This document shows positions 10,057 through 17,916 of a stretch of 64,000 bases of DNA, one piece after another. Position 1 is the first letter of the stretch, and each line of letters begins with the position of its first letter. The position numbers and the translations under genes were made by a program. Under the pieces are notes generated by a model that worked only from the letters and a program-made list of their open reading frames with translations, did not search any database and had not been told where the DNA came from. Source of the DNA: an uncultured archaeon (GTDB taxonomy: Archaea; Altiarchaeota; Altiarchaeia; IMC4; SCGC-AAA252-I15); assembly GCA_902384455.1 (NCBI GenBank), contig CABMCB010000094.1:53305-117304 (forward strand). The letters run 5' to 3'.

Positions 10057-10839
10057 ATGAAAAAAATCTATTTAGGATTAATGGTTTTCACCTTGGCCCT
10101 GTTTGCTTTCAACGCATCCGGAGCAGGACAGAACGGGCAAGACAACCGCCCTGACGCTCAAGTCGTCCCATACAAAGGGAACGAGATTAAGAACTACAGC
10201 CTGTTTGACTGCGGCAACACCACAGACAAGAAGGAGGAATTAAAGTGCAAAACATCTGCACGGATAAGAGAGGATGAAGGAAACAAAAGCAGATTTACCG
10301 GAATCAACTGCTCAAACATAACTGGAGTAGGAGACCGAATAAGATGCCGCATCAAAACGCAAGTAAACGAAAAAACAAACAAAAGCGAATGCGCCGAGCA
10401 AACAGGAGAAAACCAGACTCAATGCGAACAAAAATACCAGAAAACCAAAGACTGCTGGAAGAAAAACCTAACTGACGACCGCATATCATGCATAAAAGAA
10501 AAACTAAACGCCACAGACTTCCAAGAGCGCAAACAAGAATGCATGAACAAAACAGAACAAGAACGCGGACAATGCATAGCAGACCTAAAACGCGCGGCCT
10601 ACGACGCAGTGCTACTTAGGTTTGAAAACATCGAAGACCGCATACAAACCCTCCAAAACAAAAGCCTGCTCACAACGGCAGAAGCCGATGAATACACCGC
10701 CCAAATAGAAGAACAAAAAATCGCGTTCAACCAATCCAAAAACCTGGACGGACTATTAGAAGCCATCCACACCGTCAGAGACATATGGCAAGAAATCATA
10801 CAAACAGCCAAAAACCACAAAAAGGAGGCCGAACAATGA
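10057..10839 (+). CDS. Secreted Cys-rich helical hypothetical protein
   Basis: MKKIYLG signal peptide (probable start 10057; ORF from 10033); regularly spaced Cys. Confidence 0.7.
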   Translation: MKKIYLGLMVFTLALFAFNASGAGQNGQDNRPDAQVVPYKGNEIKNYSLFDCGNTTDKKEELKCKTSARIREDEGNKSRFTGINCSNITGVGDRIRCRIKTQVNEKTNKSECAEQTGENQTQCEQKYQKTKDCWKKNLTDDRISCIKEKLNATDFQERKQECMNKTEQERGQCIADLKRAAYDAVLLRFENIEDRIQTLQNKSLLTTAEADEYTAQIEEQKIAFNQSKNLDGLLEAIHTVRDIWQEIIQTAKNHKKEAEQ

Positions 10840-11105
10840 AACCCGCGTTTATACTGCTTATGATGGCATTCGCAGTCGCTTTGTCAGGCTGCTTGGGAAC
10901 AGACGAGACATCCACGACCACTGCTCCATCAACAGTAGAGCAGACGTATGTCACAACCACTTTAGCGGCGCAGTCTGCCACAACAACTACAGTAATTCAA
11001 CCACCGATAGAGGTTAGTACGACCGCCACAACAATAGACCTCGGCGTTGACTTAAACGACGGCTTAGACGGCGCAATAAAGGACGTCCAGGACGTAAACT
11101 CTTAG
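10836..11105 (+). CDS. Small Thr-rich lipoprotein
   Basis: GGAGG SD then ATG 10836 (ATGA overlap); lipobox LSGC; Thr-rich linker. Confidence 0.75.
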   Translation: MKPAFILLMMAFAVALSGCLGTDETSTTTAPSTVEQTYVTTTLAAQSATTTTVIQPPIEVSTTATTIDLGVDLNDGLDGAIKDVQDVNS

Positions 11106-11167
11106 TGAGTATTCTGACCGCGTTTGCAGCAGCCTAATCTAAGTAAGCTTTTATCTACAGCAGGGAA

Positions 11168-11953
11168 ATGAGTATTGTGGAAGCCCTTAAGCTGATTAGT
11201 TTAGGCCTTTTATGCGGGTTCCTGAGTGCCACATTGGGCATTGGAGGGGGGGTTATTCTGGTGCCTGCGCTTGTTTTCCTTTTGGGTTACCACATGAAAA
11301 AAGCAGTCTCTACGTCTCTTTCCACTATTATTCCCACGACTCTTGTCGCACTTCTTACCCACTATTTGATACAAGGAGGACATTTCCAATTTCTCCTTGC
11401 CGCATTAATCACATTAGGCGCCCTTTTTGGCGCAAAGTTCGGAGCACAACTGGTCCACCAGATAAGCACACACCGCCTAACAAGATTATTCTCGCTGCTT
11501 TTGATTGTTACCGGACTCAAGCTCGCAGGAGCACTAAGCGTATCAGCAGACACCGGCACAGTAAGCACTACGCCGCCGCTGCTTGTCTCATTGGGCCTGG
11601 CAACAGGCACATTATCCGCGCTATTTGGGGTAGGTGGCGGCGTAATAGTAGTACCTGCGTTAAACATGCTCTTCGGATTGCCCCTTAAGGACGCCATGAC
11701 TATTTCCCTCCTTGTTATACTTCCTACGGCGTGCGCGGGCGTTTTCTTCCACAGAAAATTCAATAACGTGGATTCTGGGGCTCTTAAAACGCTTGTTCCG
11801 GCAGCCGCTTTAGGGGCAGTCATAGGCACTTTTGTTTCACCGCACATTCCCGCAGACGCGCTAAAACAGATTCTCGGATTCTTCCTCGTCTTGACCGCAA
11901 CCTTGATGATAGTACAGCACAAAATCAAAAGTAAAACCCCGACAGTTGCGTAG
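11168..11953 (+). CDS. Sulfite exporter TauE/SafE family protein
   Basis: Two repeats of G(I/V)GGGVI(L/V)VPAL, about 8 TM helices. Confidence 0.9.
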   Translation: MSIVEALKLISLGLLCGFLSATLGIGGGVILVPALVFLLGYHMKKAVSTSLSTIIPTTLVALLTHYLIQGGHFQFLLAALITLGALFGAKFGAQLVHQISTHRLTRLFSLLLIVTGLKLAGALSVSADTGTVSTTPPLLVSLGLATGTLSALFGVGGGVIVVPALNMLFGLPLKDAMTISLLVILPTACAGVFFHRKFNNVDSGALKTLVPAAALGAVIGTFVSPHIPADALKQILGFFLVLTATLMIVQHKIKSKTPTVA

Positions 11954-11991
11954 CGACTAGCATTCTTATCCTTGTACAACGGGGTATTTTT

Positions 11992-12678
11992 ATGGCGAAT
12001 CCGACGACATTGCCAGCGGTACAGCAGATGAAGGGGGACGCGCTCGGAATCCGCGGGCAACAGGCCATGCAACAGCTTGATGAGGCTTTAGGGCAGTTGG
12101 ATCCAGGCAAACTTAGAGAATACGGGATTCCAACAGGATATCTAATCGGCGCAGAAAGGGAGCTGGCAAGGAGGCCTCTCGCGCAGTTGGACAGGCTTAA
12201 GGATGCGCGGCGCGGTTTGGAGGAACGGTGCGACCGCCTTTCTTTACAGTTTATTAAACCGACCGGCGAGTACAGTTTTGCAAATTACGGATTTGACACG
12301 GCGAATTATACGGGGGGAGAAAACATTGAAGACAGAGTCGTCCAGGTGGATGGAAAGCTTCAAACCATTTTCGTGGGAAGAACCGGCACCAACTCCCCAT
12401 ACAACTACAGAGACATCGGTAAGGCAGTTTACGACATAGCCGAACTTAGGATACAACAGGACAGGGAGAAAAAAGGCTGGCTAAGCAAACCCGTAAGCCC
12501 CGCAGAATCTGAACTAGGCGCAAGAGAAGCGCACATTATCGTCGAACACAAAGTCCTAGACCAAATTGAGGCAGACCCGGCACTACTTACTCAAGTTGGA
12601 AGAGCCATAAAAACATCCAGAGACACCGGAAAACCCTTTAGACAAATCTGGGCGGCACTTCAAGAAAAACAGGCGTAA
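11992..12678 (+). CDS. Hypothetical protein
   Basis: 228-aa ORF of normal composition filling the gap; no motif recognised. Confidence 0.65.
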   Translation: MANPTTLPAVQQMKGDALGIRGQQAMQQLDEALGQLDPGKLREYGIPTGYLIGAERELARRPLAQLDRLKDARRGLEERCDRLSLQFIKPTGEYSFANYGFDTANYTGGENIEDRVVQVDGKLQTIFVGRTGTNSPYNYRDIGKAVYDIAELRIQQDREKKGWLSKPVSPAESELGAREAHIIVEHKVLDQIEADPALLTQVGRAIKTSRDTGKPFRQIWAALQEKQA

Positions 12679-12690
12679 AAACTTATTTTT

Positions 12691-12732
12691 CGGTGGACGC
12701 CCACTCTACAGATTGAAACGGTGGACGCCCAC
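12691..12732. repeat. 14-bp direct repeat CGGTGGACGCCCAC x2
   Basis: Exact copies at 12691-12704 and 12719-12732. Confidence 0.85.
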
Positions 12733-12749
12733 CTAACCCCCTTCTGAGC

Positions 12750-12950
12750 AAAAAGCAGACATCTACGCCTTACCCCACCTTCTTCCAGTCGGCCGGAAGC
12801 AGATTGTATGGGTCATAGGCGTATTTCTTCTCTTTATGCCCGTCAAAGGGATTCCCCTTTATACCCGAAGGTATACAGTCATAGACCACTTTCCCGTTCA
12901 CCTCCTACACGGGACAATGCCCGGATGGCGCTATTTCCCTGTCGCCTGGG
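12750..12950 (-). ncRNA. Structured ncRNA, ARRPOF-like (tentative)
   Basis: Intergenic with several hairpins (TATACC-TTCG-GGTATA, AAAGGG-GAAT-CCCTTT, CTTCCGG-CCGA-CTGGAAG); ends in TGTCTGCTTTTT; the family resemblance is from memory only. Confidence 0.55.
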
Positions 12951-13025
12951 AGGCGGAGTTATGTAATACTCCGCCCCCGCATACCCGCGAATTTTCTTAT
13001 TGGCGACTTTCATCTTACCATCGAT

Positions 13026-13105
13026 TCTATATTACTCCGGATGGCATATATACTTTCCCGACATAGAATATATTTATATATATAGACTCTTTATTTGTAT
13101 ATAGA
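13026..13105 (+). promoter_or_regulatory. AT-rich promoter/operator region of phoU with repeated TATATA/ATATAG elements
   Basis: TCTATAT, ATATATA, TTTATATATATAG and TATATAG clustered upstream of a GAGG SD and the ATG. Confidence 0.4.
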
Positions 13106-13117
13106 AGAGGTTTGATT

Positions 13118-14113
13118 ATGGACACAAGAAAAGTACAAATCACCGGAGGAGCATCCTACATGATAACACTCCCAAAAGAATGGATACAATCACTCAACAT
13201 AAAGAAAAACGACACACTAGGACTCGTAATACAACCAGACAAAACACTAACAATAACACCATACACAACAACAGAACACACCCAAAAAACAAAAAAACTC
13301 GACGCCGACACAATAACCAACCCCGCCTACCTATACCGCTACCTAATAGGCAGCTACATCGCAGGCTACAACAACATAGAAATAAAATCACAAAAAAAAC
13401 TCACACCACCCATAAAAAACGCAATAAGAACATTCACAAGAACCGCAATAGGCCAAGAAATAGTCGAAGAAACCGAGAACCGCATACTCATAAAAGACCT
13501 ACTTAACCCCAAAGAAATGCCCGTAGAAAACACGCTCAAAAGATTCTACCTCATCGTAAAAGGCATGCATGAAGACGCAATCAACTCCCTAGGAACATAC
13601 GACAAACAACTCTCAGAAGACGTCATAAAACAAGAAAACGAAACAAACAGACTACACTGGCTAATAGCCCGACACCTCAACCTAATAATGAACGACACAA
13701 CACTCGCCACAACCATGAACACCACAACATGGACCGCCAACAGCTACTACAGAGTAAGCATGAACCTAGAACACATAGGAGACCACGCAGTAATCATCGC
13801 CAAAAACAACGTTGAAATAAAAGAAAAAAAAATAGACGAAAAAACCCTAACAGACATAAAAAACGCAAGCAAACAAGCAATCACAATACTAAACGAAAGC
13901 ATGGAATCACTCTTCAAAAAAGACATCAACACAGCACAAAAAAACATGGACCTAATGGAAAAACTACAAACACAATGCCAACAAATACACACAAGACTAC
14001 AACACCAAAAAAACCCCACAACAGTACAACTAAGCTACATAACCACAAGCATAGAAAGAACAGGAGAATTCTCAAAAAACATATCAGAACAAATGATAGA
14101 CTACCTAGTCTAA
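13118..14113 (+). CDS. phoU: Phosphate uptake regulator, archaeal AbrB/MazE-PhoU type
   Basis: RKVQITGGASYMITLPKEW N-terminus; LEHIGDHA and IERTGE PhoU repeats; probable ATG 13118. Confidence 0.9.
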   Translation: MDTRKVQITGGASYMITLPKEWIQSLNIKKNDTLGLVIQPDKTLTITPYTTTEHTQKTKKLDADTITNPAYLYRYLIGSYIAGYNNIEIKSQKKLTPPIKNAIRTFTRTAIGQEIVEETENRILIKDLLNPKEMPVENTLKRFYLIVKGMHEDAINSLGTYDKQLSEDVIKQENETNRLHWLIARHLNLIMNDTTLATTMNTTTWTANSYYRVSMNLEHIGDHAVIIAKNNVEIKEKKIDEKTLTDIKNASKQAITILNESMESLFKKDINTAQKNMDLMEKLQTQCQQIHTRLQHQKNPTTVQLSYITTSIERTGEFSKNISEQMIDYLV

Positions 14114-14120
14114 AAGAAAA

Positions 14121-17100
14121 CTAAAAAGGAAGTTCGTCATCCGACGCATCAGAACATTTTCTGGCCTCAAACACACCTTCAAAAATATTTTGCTTACCAT
14201 TTGAAGCTACTGGAGTCTTCGTTATTTTTCTTCCCGCGTACGCTACGAAAACAAGGAAGGCTAGTGCAGAAGCGCCTAATACGCCTGAAGTGAGCAGTCG
14301 GTTCCCTCCCACTGCGCGACCGGATATAATAGGTGTGTCAACTGGTGAATCCGAATATTCGGCGCCTGTTTCCGCAGTTGCGTTCACCTCTTCGTCGTAA
14401 GATGGTGCCGGTGGCAGAGGTACTGTTGAATCTACGGTAGATTTGTTCTTTTTTTCTGTGACGTTGGATTTTACGGTTTTTTTCTCCCCGCTTTTAGACA
14501 CGTTTGACGTGGGTTTTACTTCTCGGAGGGTGGTTGAAGTAGCTGTTGTAACTTCGGGGGTGGTGGTAGGGGAACTGTCTTGGTTTTCTTCTTGTGTCTC
14601 ATTGTGGACTGGTGTAGGCACGTCTTGAACCGATGTTTCAGGGAGTGTTTCAGTTGGGTGATTTTTTCGTCCGGGAGTTCCGCCTTCAAATCCGCTTTCT
14701 ATCCACTGGTTGTCGTCTGTTTTTTCTAGGCTGCGGTTGTTCCCGTTTCCGCCGTCTTCTGGGCTGTATGTGGTTTCGTCTGTTTGTGTTCCGTCTGGCG
14801 TGAGAATCCGCAGGGTTTTTCCGGTGTTTGGTAGTCCGCCGTTGGTGAGCGAGTTGTCTTCGGTTGTGAAGTGCGGCACGTAAGGTGGGAAGGAGAGCGA
14901 CGTGTCTTTGTCTGTGATTATGGCAAAGCCGCCAGGTGGCACAAGTGGGAACGAACCGGTTTGTATTTCCAGAGTATCTTCGCCTTTGTCGTCTGCAATG
15001 CGCCAGCCGGTTAGGTCTACGTATCTGTCGCCGGTGTTTATGAGTTCTATGTATTCAGTGCGGTAGTCATCGCCAGGTGGGTTGTACATGATTTCGTTGA
15101 AGGCTATGTCAGCGTAGATTGTTGTTGACGTTATTGAGGTGGCGGAGGTAGTTGATGTTGAGGAGGTCGTGGTGGTGGATGTTGAGGTCGTGGTTGATGT
15201 GGAGGATGTTGTAGTTGAGGAGGTAGTAGATGTCGTTGACGGTAATGAAGTAGTAGTTGAGGACGTTGTAGTTATCGGCAGGGTTGTCGTTGTTGATGTT
15301 GTGCTTGTTATTGTCGTGGTGGGTTGAGTTGTGGATGTTATCGACGTGGTTGTGGTGGGTTGTACGGTAGTTGTTGTGGTTGTGTATGTCGTTGTTGTTG
15401 ACGTGGCAGTTGTGGAGGAGGTGGTTGTTGTCTGAATTGTTGTGGTCGATGTTTTGGTTGTGGTTGTTGTCGTGGAGGTTGTTTGTGTTGTCGACGTCGT
15501 CGTTGTGGGTTGCGTTGTTGTCGGGATTGTTGGGGTTGTGGTCGTTGTTGTGTCCAGCAAGGTTGTTGTGGTTGTCGTAGTTGAGGTTGTGGAAGTTGTT
15601 GTGGATGTTATGGTTGACGATGTTATCGTGGAGGTTGTTATGGTAGTTGTGGATGTGGCGGTAGTTGAGGATGTTGTTGTCGTTATGGAGTATGTGGTTG
15701 TTGTAAAGGATTCTGTTGTGGATGTTTCTGTTGGTGTCGTTGCGGTTGTTGATGTGATTGTTTGAGTTGAGGTTGTGGTTGTTGTTGATTCGGTAGTTGT
15801 GGTTGTCGCTTCTTGCGAGAGGCTTGTGGTTGAGGTTATGGCCGTCTGTTCCGTTGTTGTGGTGGATTCGACTTTTGTTGTCGTTGTATAGTCGGTGGTT
15901 GATGTTGTGGCGGGTTCATCCTCTGTTAGGGTTGATGTTGTCGTGGGGTCTATTTGGGTTGAGGTGGTTGGGGTTTCTGTTGTTGAGGTTGTAGTGGACG
16001 TGTCTATTGTGGAGGTTGTTGTGGATTCCGGTTGGGATGTTGTGGGGGGTATTTCAGCGGTTGAGGTGGTGGTGGATTCTATTAGTGTTGATGTTGTTGT
16101 GGTGTGCTCTTCTGGCTTTGTTGGAGTTGTCGGGTCTGTTGCTGTCGTTGTCGAAGTGGGTTCTTTTGTGGAGGCTGCCGTTTCGGTCGTTGTGGTAGCC
16201 GGCTCTGGGATGGAAGTCGTCGTTGTTGGATTTGGTATGGTGGTCGTCGTGGATTCGGTAGTTGAAGTTGGGGTGGACGTTTCCGTTGTTGACGTCGTTG
16301 TTTCTATTGTTGGGGTTGGCTTGGTTGTCGACGTTTCATCTAAAACCGTTGATGTTGTTGTAGTAGACTCGATTGCGGGGGGGGTTATTGTGGAAGTGGA
16401 GGATTCTGTCGTTGTGGTCGTTGATTCTGCGATAGAAGTCGTCGTGGCCGAGTCCGGTAGTGTGGTTGTCGTGGATTCCGTGGTTGACGTTGTGGTTTCG
16501 ATTGTTGTTGGGGGTTCGACTGTCGACGTCGTGGTGGTAGTGGTTTCGGTGGTAGTTGTTGTTTTCTGCGTCGTTTGTTCTTCGGGAGTTATGCTGTTTC
16601 TTTTTCCGGGAGTGCCGCTCTCCGTGTTTGATTCGCCCCAGTTTTCCTCTTCGTCTCCCGCCGACATATTTTTCTTTTCCAGACTCTTGTTGTTTCCGTT
16701 CCCGCCCCATGAATTTCTGTATGTAAGATTCGCTTTGACGCTTCCGTTTTCCTCCAGCGCAAGAGGCTCTCCAGTGTTGCTTAAGCTGTCCCAACTAGAG
16801 TCTAACAGTATCCCGTTGTATTGCTGGTAGTCTGTGATGAACTTCACCGGGTCGTCTGTAATAACCGCGTATTCTCCGGGAAGTAGAGTATCGTACTGTA
16901 TCGGCTCCAACTTGTGCTTTACTCCGCCTTCCAGAAGCCGCCAAGCCGAGACGTTGACGCTTTCATTGCCGAAATTCAGCACCTCAACCCACTCGCGCCC
17001 CGAATCCGAGCCTGCCGGATTGTACATTACCTCCGTGAAAATCAAAGAGGCGCTTGTGAGGGTAGGGTACATTAAGCATAACAACAACGCCACAACTAAA

Positions 17101-17126
17101 CCCAACAAGCCCCCCCTCATTTTCAT
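14121..17126 (-). CDS. Surface protein with two lamin-tail domains, a long Thr/Ser stalk and a C-terminal TM anchor
   Basis: FTEVMYNP..EWVEVLN..GTPG and FNEIMYNP..EYIELIN..GTPG; Thr/Ser-rich linker of several hundred residues; hydrophobic helix followed by a basic tail. Confidence 0.85.
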   Translation of the reverse strand: MKMRGGLLGLVVALLLCLMYPTLTSASLIFTEVMYNPAGSDSGREWVEVLNFGNESVNVSAWRLLEGGVKHKLEPIQYDTLLPGEYAVITDDPVKFITDYQQYNGILLDSSWDSLSNTGEPLALEENGSVKANLTYRNSWGGNGNNKSLEKKNMSAGDEEENWGESNTESGTPGKRNSITPEEQTTQKTTTTTETTTTTTSTVEPPTTIETTTSTTESTTTTLPDSATTTSIAESTTTTTESSTSTITPPAIESTTTTSTVLDETSTTKPTPTIETTTSTTETSTPTSTTESTTTTIPNPTTTTSIPEPATTTTETAASTKEPTSTTTATDPTTPTKPEEHTTTTSTLIESTTTSTAEIPPTTSQPESTTTSTIDTSTTTSTTETPTTSTQIDPTTTSTLTEDEPATTSTTDYTTTTKVESTTTTEQTAITSTTSLSQEATTTTTESTTTTTSTQTITSTTATTPTETSTTESFTTTTYSITTTTSSTTATSTTTITTSTITSSTITSTTTSTTSTTTTTTTLLDTTTTTTPTIPTTTQPTTTTSTTQTTSTTTTTTKTSTTTIQTTTTSSTTATSTTTTYTTTTTTVQPTTTTSITSTTQPTTTITSTTSTTTTLPITTTSSTTTSLPSTTSTTSSTTTSSTSTTTSTSTTTTSSTSTTSATSITSTTIYADIAFNEIMYNPPGDDYRTEYIELINTGDRYVDLTGWRIADDKGEDTLEIQTGSFPLVPPGGFAIITDKDTSLSFPPYVPHFTTEDNSLTNGGLPNTGKTLRILTPDGTQTDETTYSPEDGGNGNNRSLEKTDDNQWIESGFEGGTPGRKNHPTETLPETSVQDVPTPVHNETQEENQDSSPTTTPEVTTATSTTLREVKPTSNVSKSGEKKTVKSNVTEKKNKSTVDSTVPLPPAPSYDEEVNATAETGAEYSDSPVDTPIISGRAVGGNRLLTSGVLGASALAFLVFVAYAGRKITKTPVASNGKQNIFEGVFEARKCSDASDDELPF

Positions 17127-17890
17127 GCCACCGTAATCTGACCGTTGACTAACTTCAGCGTCCTATACTGGCCAGTTCCCTGGTCTAGAATCTGGAATTC
17201 CCGGACTCGCACGATAGTGTTGTTACTCGCGTCAATGTTTCCGCGCACGGTCACATTCCCGTTCACGTCTAACCGCGAAACCGGAGTTGTCGTTCCCACG
17301 CCGACGTTGCCGTTGTATATTGTCAGGCGTTCCGCCCCCATCTGGATGAAGCTTATGTCGTCGTCCATATCGTTGTTGTTTGCGAGAACCAACTTAGTGT
17401 TTTCCCCACCCTCTGAATAGTATTTCAAGTAAGCATCGTCCCCCGAACCGCCCCACGCATTGTCCTTGAAGTTCAATCCATAACCTGCGGCAGGCTCAAT
17501 CCACCCGCCTGAGACACTCAATTTCTGACTTGGCGATGCTGTTCCCACTCCAACATTACCGTTCTTAAGGGTAACAGTCCGCGCCCAACCGGACGTTGGA
17601 TTACTGCGGTTGTACGCGTTATTTGTCCACAAGTTTCCGCCGTAAGAATCTGCAGCCACCGCAAAAGCCATGCCACCGTTGCTTGCTACAATATCCCCAA
17701 CAACGTCAACAGTCTTGCCGGGAGTCATTGTTCCCACACCTAAACTACCGTTAACTACGACGTTACCCCCAGCCGGACTTAAAAACAGGTTGCCCTCTTG
17801 GGTGGTAATCGTCCCTTCAGCAGCCGCGTAAACCGCTAAAGCCGCCAACACCAGTCCAATACACAGTTGCTTTTTTTTCATGTTTTTCAC
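17123..17890 (-). CDS. Secreted protein with GNVG(V/I)GT..P..KL.V repeats (fibre-like)
   Basis: Signal peptide; three GxxGVGTxxPxxxLxV repeats; ATGA overlap with the next gene. Confidence 0.75.
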   Translation of the reverse strand: MKNMKKKQLCIGLVLAALAVYAAAEGTITTQEGNLFLSPAGGNVVVNGSLGVGTMTPGKTVDVVGDIVASNGGMAFAVAADSYGGNLWTNNAYNRSNPTSGWARTVTLKNGNVGVGTASPSQKLSVSGGWIEPAAGYGLNFKDNAWGGSGDDAYLKYYSEGGENTKLVLANNNDMDDDISFIQMGAERLTIYNGNVGVGTTTPVSRLDVNGNVTVRGNIDASNNTIVRVREFQILDQGTGQYRTLKLVNGQITVA

Positions 17891-17916
17891 TTTTTATCCT
17901 ATCGTTTTTGTTCACC

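Noticed and set aside
12691-12732. Mini-CRISPR (ATTGAAAC lies between the repeats)
   Set aside because: Only two 14-bp copies with a 14-bp gap; ATTGAAAC is not itself repeated; no cas genes in the window.
12836-13066. 76-aa + strand ORF
   Set aside because: It overlaps the structured RNA candidate and the phoU promoter and has no recognisable protein features.
15120-16570. Repeat array or Val-rich + strand ORFs
   Set aside because: These are the antisense shadow of the Thr/Ser linker of the lamin-tail protein.
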